The notes under the pieces were generated by a model. That model ran no database searches, was not told where the DNA came from, and saw nothing but the letters and a program-made list of their open reading frames with translations. Shown here in pieces: positions 17,356 through 27,665 of a stretch of DNA of 33,093 nucleotides; positions within the stretch are counted from its first letter, which is position 1, and each line of letters opens with the position of its first letter. Origin of the DNA: a virus (taxonomy: Duplodnaviria; Caudoviricetes); the IMG/VR virus record IMGVR_UViG_3300017722_004904, positions 1-33,093 of that record; one strand, given 5' to 3'. The translations under genes were made by a program, and so were the position numbers.

Positions 17356-19632
17356 TTATTCTTTATAAGTTGATATGTTTCCTTTGTTGTTGTATTTTTG
17401 AAAAGGGTTTCTTCTTTTCTTTTTTGGAGGAGCTTTGATCTCGATTTTTTGGTTTCCAACCAATGAAAGTGAAGAGCTGATATAAGCATCAAAATCGGTC
17501 CTTTTTTCAAGATCTACCGTTTGCCATTGCGTGAGCGTTCTTGTAAAAGGCATGTTACCCATTTGCCCTTTAGGACGGTTTATTTCTTCCATAGCAACAC
17601 CAATATAATCTTCGATATAGGAATTAGTTGCATTAGCCTGAGCAATACCAATTTTGGCGTTTTGAGCCGGAACACCTCCAAGTTCTTCTTCAGCAGGAAT
17701 TAGATCTTTAAAATTTTTAAAAGGATTATTCATGCTGTAATGACGATAATCTCTGTTTTTTATCATTCTCAAAAATTCATAGTTGGATAACTCACAAAGC
17801 ATTGGCATAGAATAATATACCATAGCCATTAAAACATCTTCAAAAAACATTTCAATTTTTGGCGCTCGGTCCAAGTATTCTAAAATAAAAGTATTGTTAG
17901 GTAGACTTGTAGTATTCATTTTTGTACTTAAATGAATAGCACCACGAGAACCCTTGGTAGCTGATTTTGTAACGTTGTATGGATCGACTCCGAAGCAGCC
18001 AATATGTTCGGCCACTGGTGCCCAAGCAAAAACACCGTTAATGTGCTTTTTTTCTTTTATATTTTGAAATTCTTTTGGCGGGTGACAACCTTTAGCAATC
18101 CAGAAACGACCATTTGGATCAGGATTCCATTTTACTCTAGTGTCAGCCATACCGTTTTCCCATGAAAAATTACCGGTTTCAATTTCGTCCGGCATCATTT
18201 GATGGTTGTTGTAAAAAACTTGTTGTTCTAGCTTGATAGAGTTGAAAGCACAATTGCCAGATTCATCACGAAAAGCATCGTATATAGTATCAGGAAACTG
18301 ACGTTTGAATTCGTTTAGATCTTCGGGCTTATTTGCTAATGCTTCAGCTTTGTTTTTTAAATAGGTTTTCGAACCAATGCTAGTATATTTTCCTTCATCC
18401 GTTTTAACTGGTTTTTCTGGATCTTCTACAATAGTAAATCCGTATTCATCAAACATTCCTTCCAAACAGTTTTCTGCTGCAATAAAAATTCGATACAATC
18501 CTGAAGTAGTTTGCCCGTTACCGTCACGTTTGCTTACATCGCTATCGTTCCAAACATCTTCGTATTCAGCTCCTCCTTTATTTTTAGCATTTACAGTAGA
18601 AACTACCATAGATTTACCCGTGATACGAATACCTTTCGTATGTGAGGTTTTTACAATACCCCAATATTTATTAAAAGGAACATCAGGTGGGTACTTTCCA
18701 GATTCATCAAGCAATGATCTAAAAATGGCATCACCATCCATGGCATTTATTGCTGTGTTGTGCCAAGAAACTTTTGACCCTAAACCATCATCGCTAACAA
18801 TTTCGTTTTTCGCTCTACGTTTAGTAGGTACATCAAGAACTAATTCTTTTTTAGGAGTAGAGGTACCATCCCAAAGCGGTTGAAAAAAGCAAGGCAATCT
18901 TTTAAATCCTTTGATCAAACGATTAAAAATGTTACTTGAATCGTTTCCTGTTTTTGAAATAATTCCAAGTATTTTATCCTCGTTTATAGTAGAAGCCTCT
19001 AACAATTCTACAACAGCCAAATAAGAAGCGCCAATACGTCTGTTTTTTACATACTGCATTCCGAAGCAGCGATCATCAGCTTTACAAGCTTCCCAAAAAA
19101 TCATTAATTCATTTTGGATTACACGAAAATTAGGATAATCTGTATCTTCGCGTACCCACTGAATACCGTAATAGTAAGTACCTGGAATGTAAATAGGAAA
19201 TCCTTTTACATAAATCCACATTCCTTTTTCACGCCTATCATATTCATTTTCAATATATTCAGAATGTTTATTATATAATGAATTTAGGTATTTAGCTGCT
19301 TTGTCTGATTTTTCTTTTTCGGACCCAGTTAACTTTCGGTTGTAGTTAGCAATAGAGGTTTCTGTAAGTTCTTCCGGCAATGGCTCTCTGGTGAACTTTT
19401 GATTTAAAGCCGTTTTATTGTGATTAAGAATTTCTTCTTTTAGGGGTTGTTGTGGCAATCCAATGTTGATACCACTGATGTTGTAAATTTCTCCAAGAGT
19501 ACCATCTTTCGAAATAATAACGGTATCAATAGACGCGTCATAGCCGTACTTCCAAGACTTGGCCTTGTTTCTGGCTAAACGGTTTTTATCATCCGTTAAA
19601 TTTTCGACTTTTTCTCCTAGATAAAATATCAT
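17356..19632 (-). CDS. terL: Terminase large subunit (758 aa)
   Basis: Walker A-like KNRRIGAS, Walker B LLDESGK, VVST coupling motif, nuclease GVDPY. Confidence 0.92.
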   Translation of the reverse strand: MIFYLGEKVENLTDDKNRLARNKAKSWKYGYDASIDTVIISKDGTLGEIYNISGINIGLPQQPLKEEILNHNKTALNQKFTREPLPEELTETSIANYNRKLTGSEKEKSDKAAKYLNSLYNKHSEYIENEYDRREKGMWIYVKGFPIYIPGTYYYGIQWVREDTDYPNFRVIQNELMIFWEACKADDRCFGMQYVKNRRIGASYLAVVELLEASTINEDKILGIISKTGNDSSNIFNRLIKGFKRLPCFFQPLWDGTSTPKKELVLDVPTKRRAKNEIVSDDGLGSKVSWHNTAINAMDGDAIFRSLLDESGKYPPDVPFNKYWGIVKTSHTKGIRITGKSMVVSTVNAKNKGGAEYEDVWNDSDVSKRDGNGQTTSGLYRIFIAAENCLEGMFDEYGFTIVEDPEKPVKTDEGKYTSIGSKTYLKNKAEALANKPEDLNEFKRQFPDTIYDAFRDESGNCAFNSIKLEQQVFYNNHQMMPDEIETGNFSWENGMADTRVKWNPDPNGRFWIAKGCHPPKEFQNIKEKKHINGVFAWAPVAEHIGCFGVDPYNVTKSATKGSRGAIHLSTKMNTTSLPNNTFILEYLDRAPKIEMFFEDVLMAMVYYSMPMLCELSNYEFLRMIKNRDYRHYSMNNPFKNFKDLIPAEEELGGVPAQNAKIGIAQANATNSYIEDYIGVAMEEINRPKGQMGNMPFTRTLTQWQTVDLEKRTDFDAYISSSLSLVGNQKIEIKAPPKKKRRNPFQKYNNKGNISTYKE

Positions 19633-20009
19633 TAATCTTTATTTTTTTGGGCGTACCTTTTGGTTGGGTTTTTTACTGTAGTTACTTTTTCTTCTGGCTC
19701 GGATTCTAGCTTGGCAATAGCTTCAAATAATTCTGGAGCATTCAATTCCATTTCAAGCATGTTGATTTTCTCCATCATTTTGTTAGCGTTATCAAGGGCT
19801 CTATCACGCACATTGATAAAAGCAAACATTTGCTGTTCAGCGGTGACTACTAATGAATCTCCGTTTTCGCCTTCTTTTTTAACCTCTTTAAAATCAGGTA
19901 ATGGAGCCGTTACTGCTGTAAAAATTTGATTTACTAATGTTTGGTATTTATCCACTAATTCAGGAATAGATTTCCTTCTACTCTCTTGTAATTTGCTGTC
20001 TTTACTCAT
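19632..20009 (-). CDS. Putative terminase small subunit (125 aa)
   Basis: Helical protein translationally coupled to TerL; inference from position. Confidence 0.5.
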   Translation of the reverse strand: MSKDSKLQESRRKSIPELVDKYQTLVNQIFTAVTAPLPDFKEVKKEGENGDSLVVTAEQQMFAFINVRDRALDNANKMMEKINMLEMELNAPELFEAIAKLESEPEEKVTTVKNPTKRYAQKNKD

Positions 20010-20587
20010 GCTGCTAAAACATCTTTAGTACGGATCCAATACAAGGTTTTGTTTTTAAAGAAAAATGGTATTCCGCACGTTGGGTTAATAAATATTTCTT
20101 GTCCGTTTTCTACGTCATTCTCTTCTAAAAAAGCATTGCGGTATTTTACGGTAGCCTTTCCTTTTATTGTTTTTTCTTTGTCAGTACCGGTGATTAATCC
20201 TGATGTTTTTTTTGGCTTTTCAGTAATAAATGAAACCATCAAATTATCGCCATAGCCTTTCCATTCAGCAGCATCGTTCTCACGGTACAGCACAATCATA
20301 TCAGGTTCGATTTTATACCACGACTTTTCTTTGCCTACTAAATGAATGCTTTCCTGCACACCTTCCTTGTAGATTTGTCTGTATAAAATGGTAGCGTCAA
20401 AAATCACTTGATACCCTTTTTTTAATATTGTTTTGCCTTCTGCTGGAACATTTACAATTGTTCCAAATCGATTTGCTGCTCTATCTCTTGATATTTTTTT
20501 ATCTACAAATAGTTCAATATCGCCAACTTCAATTGTGTCATTAAAAGCCTTTTCGACTTCTAGTATAAAATGATTTATTCCTTGCAT
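20006..20587 (-). CDS. Tandem GroES-like protein (193 aa)
   Basis: Two GroES-like units: FILEV...GTIVNVP...KKGYQVIF and GDNLMV...KTSGLI...ATVKY...GQEIF...IRTKDVLA. Confidence 0.6.
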   Translation of the reverse strand: MQGINHFILEVEKAFNDTIEVGDIELFVDKKISRDRAANRFGTIVNVPAEGKTILKKGYQVIFDATILYRQIYKEGVQESIHLVGKEKSWYKIEPDMIVLYRENDAAEWKGYGDNLMVSFITEKPKKTSGLITGTDKEKTIKGKATVKYRNAFLEENDVENGQEIFINPTCGIPFFFKNKTLYWIRTKDVLAA

Positions 20588-20636
20588 TGTTTATGTTTTT
20601 GATATAATAGTTTATGTTTTATTAAGCATAAAAAAA

Positions 20637-21314
20637 CTATCGTTTAATATTAAGTATCGATTTCTTAAACCCAACCATACCAAATTCCTGCCCGCCCACA
20701 TTTAAGTATTGAGCCGAAATTATATCGCCTTTTCTATTTTGAAAATTTAAGTTAAGATTATAGGCTGCTTGATTGAGTTCTTTGTTTAATCCAATCGCTC
20801 CACCGGCCAAAACGCGAAAAACGGTTTCTTTTTGCTTAACTGGAACTTCAATTTCTTTCTTCTTGATGGTATATCCTGGTGTAACTTCTTTGACTTCACC
20901 TTGCACAATTCCTTCAATATTTATTATGATATTTTCATCTTCAAAATCTGTTGAGAATCTATTTAAACTTGCCACTTTATTAAATAGTATCTCTTTTTTT
21001 AAAGAGTCCGTTTCTTTTGCAAAATCAGCTTTCAATTTTTCATTCTCAGCAATCAGTTTTTCATCAATTGGGTTTTCAACTTGTAAAATTTCTTTACCAG
21101 TTGCAGTGCGTTCCATTTTGGAACTAACTGATTCGTGAACTGGCTTTTTAGGCTCGAATTTTCCTTTTACTTCAGGAACTTCTACTTTTTTTGAACTGTT
21201 CGGGATTTCCGAACGGTTGCACCCACGGAACCAAAGGACACAGAACAGCAAAATCCATCCTAGATATTTGATTGCTTCTTTTAAAAATTGACTATGTAAA
21301 TTTACCCGTACCAT
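20637..21314 (-). CDS. Membrane-anchored lysis accessory (spanin-like) protein (225 aa)
   Basis: N-terminal hydrophobic segment ending FRGC; C-terminal beta-strand-rich region; third gene of the lysis module. Confidence 0.5.
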   Translation of the reverse strand: MVRVNLHSQFLKEAIKYLGWILLFCVLWFRGCNRSEIPNSSKKVEVPEVKGKFEPKKPVHESVSSKMERTATGKEILQVENPIDEKLIAENEKLKADFAKETDSLKKEILFNKVASLNRFSTDFEDENIIINIEGIVQGEVKEVTPGYTIKKKEIEVPVKQKETVFRVLAGGAIGLNKELNQAAYNLNLNFQNRKGDIISAQYLNVGGQEFGMVGFKKSILNIKR

Positions 21315-21841
21315 TACGCTTCGTTTTTAGAGATAAAACCATTTGAACTTACTTTGATCACGCGAACATCTTGTGGTTGCGAAATTTTCCATGCTGTTCT
21401 TCGGATTCCGGCACATCGTGTTTTTTCGATACGGGTGATATTTACCATGTTGGATTGATTTCCACCAAGTACATGGTAGCAAGTATCATCCTCACCAACA
21501 TATATACCAACATGGCCACCACCATTGCGCTTAAAAGTCAAAATATCACCAAGCATAGCCACTGATTGCTTAGTGCCAAACTTGTTCCAGTTTAAAGCCC
21601 AAAGTGCATCCTTTGGAGTTATTCCTGTGGCTACATTGGCACGCTGGCAAACTATTGCCATAAACAAACCACACCATGCAATTTCATCTGCTGTGTAGAT
21701 TTTTTCTATTTTAAGATCCTTTGCCCAGCTCATAATGATGTTATTATGAATAGAGCCTATGATTTCCTTAGTACCCACAAGTTCTAGTGCTTTAACTAGA
21801 ACTTGCGGTGCTGTTACTTTTTTTAAATAATCGTAGTTCAT
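21314..21841 (-). CDS. Endolysin, NlpC/P60-CHAP type (TIGR02594-like)
   Basis: DEIAWCGLF (catalytic Cys), GGGHVGIY (His), LGGNQSN. Confidence 0.88.
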   Translation of the reverse strand: MNYDYLKKVTAPQVLVKALELVGTKEIIGSIHNNIIMSWAKDLKIEKIYTADEIAWCGLFMAIVCQRANVATGITPKDALWALNWNKFGTKQSVAMLGDILTFKRNGGGHVGIYVGEDDTCYHVLGGNQSNMVNITRIEKTRCAGIRRTAWKISQPQDVRVIKVSSNGFISKNEA

Positions 21842-21843
21842 AA

Positions 21844-22380
21844 TTATTCTGTTATTTCTTTTTTAGCTTCTTTGTAAAATCCGAGGATTTTTTTAATTGT
21901 TTTCCATAAATCAAAACCACATTTTGGAAGGTTCTCATGGAAAATAGAAAAGCCTTCTATTGCACAGAAAATCAAAACCACAATTGTCGCTAACTCAAAT
22001 TCTGCATCCGAAATTGGGGAATATTTGAATGTCTTCAGTAGTAGGGTTTTTTGCAACTTAATTAGCATATCAGGTACGTTGAGATAAACAATCAACTTTA
22101 CGCCAAACATCTTAGCTTTATTACTAGAGAAACCCTCTCCCTTTCCAAAAAACCATCGGTCTTTATGATCTGATTTTCTCCATTCGCAATAAGATGCAGC
22201 TAACCCACTTATCAAATCAGCAACAAAAAACCATTTTAAAAAATACCAAACATCTTCATAACTTACCACTTGCGAAACAACGGCAACCATTGGAACACTT
22301 GCAAGAAGTAAAAAAGGTTTTTTTAATAAAATGGATAATAGAGTAAATTTAGGTAAGGCAAATGCAAGTATTTTTTCCAT
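21844..22380 (-). CDS. Holin
   Basis: Several TM segments; DLISGL and EGFSIFHENL motifs of holin_4_1-like proteins; directly upstream of endolysin. Confidence 0.75.
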   Translation of the reverse strand: MEKILAFALPKFTLLSILLKKPFLLLASVPMVAVVSQVVSYEDVWYFLKWFFVADLISGLAASYCEWRKSDHKDRWFFGKGEGFSSNKAKMFGVKLIVYLNVPDMLIKLQKTLLLKTFKYSPISDAEFELATIVVLIFCAIEGFSIFHENLPKCGFDLWKTIKKILGFYKEAKKEITE

Positions 22381-22400
22381 GCGGTTTATTTGATTAGTTT

Positions 22401-22427
22401 AAAACAGCCACCAATTTGATGGCTGTT
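22401..22427 (-). terminator. Putative terminator after the tail spike gene
   Basis: AACAGCCA-N9-TGGCTGTT with a short T run on the minus strand. Confidence 0.55.
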
Positions 22428-22447
22428 ATTGTTGAGATTATTTTTTT

Positions 22448-23569
22448 TTATACTGTTGCAAAAAATTCAAAATTACCATTATGGTACTTTCTCATGACAT
22501 TAGAACTTCCTGCTTTAAAAATAGCACTAGCAAAAGTTCCCTGTATATTTAAAGCAGGTACATTAATAATAGAACTATTTTTAATTGGCCTATTTACAAA
22601 AACTGCCGCAGTAGCTACGTTTGATATATTTATATTAAACATATCATTAACATTAGCTTGTGTATTTTCAGCATAATTTATTTGAGTAAATGCAACATTT
22701 ACTTGAGCTTCTCCTAAAATACCATCAATAAAAACATCGTGAATCTTATTACCATCCTCACACAATAAAAGTATACCTCCGTATTTTACAGGAGGAGAGT
22801 ATGAACCTATTTGCCCCACAAATTGCGGTCTGTTGATGTTTTTTGCAATTATTTGGTAAATGTTAAAGTCTGTTCGGCTATTTTCGTAAATTGTAGAGCC
22901 TAAAAAATTAACATCATTCCTAATATTAAGATTAGTAATAGCTAATGTATCGTCAAAGCATACTCCATAGATACCATCTACCATAATGTTATGAGAGCCT
23001 CTTCTAATATTTACTCCGTCCTGATTGGGTTTGGAATTGTCTTGTAGTATTGTCAGGTTGTTTAATTTTCCATACCTTGACTGTTCTAAACATATCCCCC
23101 ACATTGCTGTATTCTTAAGAGTTATATTTTTTATTTCAAAATTTACAACGTTAGCCAACAAAATACCAATTGCACGCCATGACTCAGATCCAACATCAGC
23201 AGGGGTATCACTTCCCCAAGAAGAATCTCCGCCCTGAAAAATTCCACTACCATCTATTTTAATATTAGATATTGGAGTAGTACTTGCAACCGCAGCTCTA
23301 ATTATATTATCCCTTGCAGAATTATTCATTTTTATAAGCCCGTTATTAATCAAGGTCAAGTTGCTTTTAATTATAATTGCGGAATCTAATAGATACGAAC
23401 CATTACAGACTACCTCTCCAAAACCTCTTTCACTTACAAAATCAATAGCTTGATTAATTCTAAAAACATCAGACCCTAAAAACATTTCTGGAGTAATTTT
23501 AAAAATATGGCTATTTAAATCACCGACTGGAACTCCTACATATTGAATATCTGGATTGTATATTTTCAT
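22448..23569 (-). CDS. Parallel beta-helix polysaccharide depolymerase / tail spike (GH28 / pectin-lyase fold)
   Basis: INQAID...GEV...GSYLL N-cap; NQDGVNI and FDDTLAI resemble GH28 catalytic NTD/DD motifs; Asn/Ile ladder repeats. Confidence 0.8.
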   Translation of the reverse strand: MKIYNPDIQYVGVPVGDLNSHIFKITPEMFLGSDVFRINQAIDFVSERGFGEVVCNGSYLLDSAIIIKSNLTLINNGLIKMNNSARDNIIRAAVASTTPISNIKIDGSGIFQGGDSSWGSDTPADVGSESWRAIGILLANVVNFEIKNITLKNTAMWGICLEQSRYGKLNNLTILQDNSKPNQDGVNIRRGSHNIMVDGIYGVCFDDTLAITNLNIRNDVNFLGSTIYENSRTDFNIYQIIAKNINRPQFVGQIGSYSPPVKYGGILLLCEDGNKIHDVFIDGILGEAQVNVAFTQINYAENTQANVNDMFNINISNVATAAVFVNRPIKNSSIINVPALNIQGTFASAIFKAGSSNVMRKYHNGNFEFFATV

Positions 23570-23580
23570 CTTATTTTAAT

Positions 23581-26211
23581 TTAAACGTTTCTTCCTAATG
23601 CAGTTTCAAATTTTTCAATGGCAAGTCTTAAATTATAAATTTCAAGATCTGTTAAACCCTGCCCAATACAAGAACACCCAATTTGAGCATCTACACTATT
23701 ATACCAAGCGTTATTTAGATTCAAAGCGCCTTCGTAAATATTTGAATTTGGAGATCCATTACCAGACAAAGCAGTAGTTGATTTAAGCGATTTGTTGTAC
23801 AATGTTTTAGAAGTACCAAGTATAGACATCGCCATAAACCCATTATTTGAAGGAGCAGCTTGTAATTGAATATAGGATGATGTATAACCGTTTAAAACAA
23901 TACTGTTTGAAAAGGAATTTTGAATTGATAAATAATTATTACTCCCAGTATGCGCACCAAAAAAGTGCCTATCTCCAAAAACCGTAGGAGCCTGTGTAAT
24001 GTAGAATCCAAAAGAGATATTATTGGTCAAACCTAAAGCAGATGGATTTACAAAAGTATTCGCAAAAGTGTTCGTTAAATTACCTAATGCACCTTTACTG
24101 TTACGAACCCAACCACCTGAATATACCTGTCTATAAGCCTCGTTTAAATCTCTAGGATCTTTTAAATTCCATTTATGGTCTGAAGCTGTAATTCCAACTT
24201 TAGGATTAACCATTAATAATTTATTCCAAATATTAGAACTTTTTAAATCTAAAACCAACTGATTAATTGCCTCTTTATTTTGCAAACTTAAGTTACCTAC
24301 AACATCAATAAATAACTGTGCGTTAACATCGTAACCTGAAGATATTGAAGGAACAAACATCCCTGCTATAGCTGAAGCATATCCAGCTACAGGAACTGGA
24401 AAAATAATCCTTAAATTATTTGAGTTTAGCGATTCAATTTTTTCAGGAAAAATTATTTTTCCCGATTTTTCCCAAACACTTATTACTGGGTAAGGATTGT
24501 TTAAATTGTGATTAAAATCCCAAGTAACACTTACATCTAATTGTTCAATTGTTATTGACTTCAAATCTGTATCATGCGTGTGCGATGTAATTTCACCCGT
24601 AAGCTTTGCTTCAATTTCAGCCTTGGTTATGTCGCTGTTTTTTTGAGCGTTTGCATTTATAGCATTCAATTTTGATAATAAAGCATTGGTGAATGCGTTA
24701 GTGTCAGAATTGCTTTCGTAGGCCGTTTTTATTTGCGTAGCGGTCATTAACGCGTTCAACAAATCAGGATCCGATAGCTTGACGTAGGTAGCATTTACAC
24801 CTGCAGAGGTCGCTTTATAAAGTGCCCATTTCCCATCACCATCATCGGTAACAAATACGTTGTCTCCTTGCTTTACATTTAATGAGTTTCGAGCCGCAAT
24901 ATTTGCCACAGTAACTTCTGCAGCAACTCCTTGAATTAAGTTGTATAGCTTTTGAAGAGTATCTCCAGAAGGATCAACTCCATCTTTTAAAGCAGCTACT
25001 AAAGCAGCGTCAAGATTGTTTACTTCTATTTTTGTGTAGGTAGTTAATTTGTCGGCTTTTAAGTTTAAAGCGGATATATTTCCTGAATTATCAAAATTTT
25101 GTAAAGTTTGTAATCTTATGATTTCAGTATCTAGTAGTAGAGACTTTCCTGTTACTTTATCTACTTTTAGAGGAAGCTTAATTTCCTCCATTTCATACTC
25201 AAAATCATCAATACGAGTCATTACGTCCTTTCGTGTACTATCTATTTTTTGATCTAATGTATAAGCATTTCCATTATATCCAGCACGGTCTAGCTTTGCA
25301 TTATCAGAGGGAGTTGGACTTGATATTGAGTTGCCTGTAATATTGATTGAAGTTATTTCCAGTGTATTAGCTGACGGTACTGGCTTTACAGCAATATCAA
25401 TAGATTCTTGACCTTGAATTTTAGTAAATACACCATATTGATCAATAATAATTATGTCAGTACGATTAAAACCTAGTGTAGCGGGATTAATTGTAACATT
25501 ATAATTGTTAGGATTAGAAACCACATTTTGATTGATTCGTACTCTAAAATCATTAGCAGAAATACTTACACTGTCATTTTCTAGCAGCACAGGACCACGT
25601 GTCAATATCTCATTAGGAAATTCAACAGAATTTATTCTGTCATCAAGATTCTGAGCAGTACCAGGATAACCACCACGAGATAATTTGTCAGAAATATTTG
25701 CCTTTACATCAAAATAAACGCTATAAACAGTGCTGTTTATTAACTCCCCAAAGAAAAAGTTTTCAAAAGGCTCAACATCAAAAACAAAGAAATTACCTTC
25801 GTCAGCGATAGAAGTAATATTAAAATTGAAAAAATTATTGGGGTTCGATGGATTGTCTAACCTTAAAACTAGACTGCTTATTGTTGCTAATCTTTCAAAA
25901 AGAAGCGTTAAATCTATAGGCTGTAGAGATTCTTTGTTTAGAATTATTTTTGTAAAACCATTTGGATCAGTTTCGTTATTATCAGTAAAAAAATATCCTT
26001 TGTCAAAATAATCAATTTCAGGATCACTTCCGTCTGAAAATATATATTGTGTATTATTTATTCCGTTTACATTGTTTATCAATTGAATAATTGAATTTAA
26101 ACGGAAACTTTTGTTTTTCTTATAATCTTCAAAATCGGAGCCAAACAAATAATCCAACAAGCTAGGATATTCATTGTATTTAAAGATATCAGTGTTATTT
26201 GCTTTTGGCAT
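23581..26211 (-). CDS. Tail fibre / receptor-binding protein (876 aa)
   Basis: ATG at 26211 preferred; mosaic of fibre motifs (KVDKVTGKSL, ALNLKADK, DTLQKL, WDFNHNL) and a C-terminal lectin-like domain. Confidence 0.8.
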   Translation of the reverse strand: MPKANNTDIFKYNEYPSLLDYLFGSDFEDYKKNKSFRLNSIIQLINNVNGINNTQYIFSDGSDPEIDYFDKGYFFTDNNETDPNGFTKIILNKESLQPIDLTLLFERLATISSLVLRLDNPSNPNNFFNFNITSIADEGNFFVFDVEPFENFFFGELINSTVYSVYFDVKANISDKLSRGGYPGTAQNLDDRINSVEFPNEILTRGPVLLENDSVSISANDFRVRINQNVVSNPNNYNVTINPATLGFNRTDIIIIDQYGVFTKIQGQESIDIAVKPVPSANTLEITSINITGNSISSPTPSDNAKLDRAGYNGNAYTLDQKIDSTRKDVMTRIDDFEYEMEEIKLPLKVDKVTGKSLLLDTEIIRLQTLQNFDNSGNISALNLKADKLTTYTKIEVNNLDAALVAALKDGVDPSGDTLQKLYNLIQGVAAEVTVANIAARNSLNVKQGDNVFVTDDGDGKWALYKATSAGVNATYVKLSDPDLLNALMTATQIKTAYESNSDTNAFTNALLSKLNAINANAQKNSDITKAEIEAKLTGEITSHTHDTDLKSITIEQLDVSVTWDFNHNLNNPYPVISVWEKSGKIIFPEKIESLNSNNLRIIFPVPVAGYASAIAGMFVPSISSGYDVNAQLFIDVVGNLSLQNKEAINQLVLDLKSSNIWNKLLMVNPKVGITASDHKWNLKDPRDLNEAYRQVYSGGWVRNSKGALGNLTNTFANTFVNPSALGLTNNISFGFYITQAPTVFGDRHFFGAHTGSNNYLSIQNSFSNSIVLNGYTSSYIQLQAAPSNNGFMAMSILGTSKTLYNKSLKSTTALSGNGSPNSNIYEGALNLNNAWYNSVDAQIGCSCIGQGLTDLEIYNLRLAIEKFETALGRNV

Positions 26212-26241
26212 TTTAGTAATAATTAAAATATATATTAAAAA

Positions 26242-26296
26242 CAAAGATAATAGATTTTAACTATCAAACATAATATTTTTATATTTGTAACATAAA
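26242..26296. promoter_or_regulatory. Divergent promoters with operator overlapping the plus-strand -7 box
   Basis: TATCTTTG (minus, 26242-26249); TATATTTG (plus, 26280-26287) lies inside palindrome TTTATATT-TGT-AACATAAA (26278-26296). Confidence 0.7.
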
Positions 26297-26309
26297 TTTT
26301 TATGCTATT

Positions 26310-26876
26310 ATGGGAAAGATTAAAACACAAGATATACTATCTGAAACTACTCAAAAAATATTGACTGAAAATAATAGTTCAGTTTCTTTTAATAAGATAA
26401 AAAAAGAAAAGTACAGCAAAAAAGAATTTACAATTGATCGGGGTTTTGATTTGTTAGAGAGACTAATCATCGTAAGGCCTTACATTCAAAAAAAGTATGA
26501 TTTAACTATTGATTTGTTGGAATTGTTGCTTTACCTACATGGTAAAAAACTATTTACCCAAGCTGATTTTGCTGAAATACCAAAACAATTTTCATACGCC
26601 TCAATTAGAAACATACTTGATACTGGCCATGTTGTTATAGCGCAAGAAGGCGTTGATCTTAGCAAACATGTATATAAGTTAAGCGTACATGCCACGCACG
26701 GAATAGAAGATTTTTATGAATTACTAAGTGGAGAAAAAAAGTTTCCGGAATACACTTTAATGAACCCGCTTTCTAAAAAAAGGGATGCCGCTGCCATTGA
26801 TAAAAAAAGAATGCGATTGATCAAAAAAATCAATCTTCTACCTCCTCCTGAGAAGCATAAAAATTTGTACCTTTAA
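26310..26876 (+). CDS. Putative winged-helix (MarR-like) transcriptional regulator (188 aa)
   Basis: KKYDLTIDLLELLLYL...FTQADF...IRNILDTGHV...VYKLS pattern; lone counter-oriented gene with an operator on its promoter. Confidence 0.6.
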   Translation: MGKIKTQDILSETTQKILTENNSSVSFNKIKKEKYSKKEFTIDRGFDLLERLIIVRPYIQKKYDLTIDLLELLLYLHGKKLFTQADFAEIPKQFSYASIRNILDTGHVVIAQEGVDLSKHVYKLSVHATHGIEDFYELLSGEKKFPEYTLMNPLSKKRDAAAIDKKRMRLIKKINLLPPPEKHKNLYL

Positions 26877-27350
26877 GCAAGTCGTGCCTTAGTTTATTGA
26901 TTGGCTCCTTTTTTATTCGTTCTAAAATTTCCCTGAGTACCTTGGCGCGCTGCTCCTCGGAACCACGAAAAAAGAAAACTGGGCTTACTTGATAAGCCCC
27001 TCTTCCTTTGTATTTTAATAGTAATTCAAACTTAGCTAAATTAGAAAAACAACGGTGTATGGTAGTGGTAGAATATTCCTCCTGCCCTATTTTTTTTAAG
27101 AGTGTATTGAATTTTGTACGGATTTGAATACTATTGGTAACAAAGTTGTTATCATCCATTTCCTCTGTAATGAAGTCCAAAAATATCCTATCGGCTTTTG
27201 ATAATTTCATTAGCAGCAATAAAGAATTATGATAGCGCTTTGTAAAAGTAGCTTCTACCGAAATAGACGAGAACTTGAATAGCTCTAGCTTTTCAGTATA
27301 GCTTTTGGCTACATCTTTTGATAAGTACTTTATTACCTTTTTTTTTTCAT
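26830..27350 (-). CDS. RepL-like helix-turn-helix protein; start separated from the body by a frameshift in an A10 run
   Basis: C-terminal RGAYQVSPVFFFRG resembles RepL-family motif; frame is open upstream to 27357, but ATG 27350 plus A10 is 1 nt out of frame. Confidence 0.65.
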
Positions 27351-27395
27351 TACTTTTTTAATTCCATTTGAAATTAAGCTGATTTTCTATTTTTA

Positions 27396-27659
27396 TCATA
27401 ATATCAGTTCTATTTCGGTTTTTTCTTGAAGGAATAAACATTTTTTGCCTTGGTACCCTATCGGTACTCCACAGTGTTCGTAGTGTCGCACCATATCGCC
27501 AATTTTCACATGCTCTACTTTTGGACCTATCATAATTACCTTGCCTTCGCGGGGTTGTTTTACGGCTTCTCCTGGTAAAAATATTCCAAAAGCAGTTTGT
27601 GTTACTGCCTCTGAAATTTCTATGAGTACTTTGCTTCGTATTAAACTTTTGATTTCCAT
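27396..27659 (-). CDS. groES: Co-chaperonin GroES-like protein (87 aa)
   Basis: KVLIE...TAFGIFLP mobile loop, GKVIMIG, VKIGDMV. Confidence 0.85.
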   Translation of the reverse strand: MEIKSLIRSKVLIEISEAVTQTAFGIFLPGEAVKQPREGKVIMIGPKVEHVKIGDMVRHYEHCGVPIGYQGKKCLFLQEKTEIELIL

Positions 27660-27665
27660 TGTCTA

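Noticed and set aside
3129-26011. Numerous 60-170 aa plus-strand ORFs inside structural genes
   Set aside because: Antisense shadows of long minus-strand genes, mostly TTG/GTG starts and no promoters
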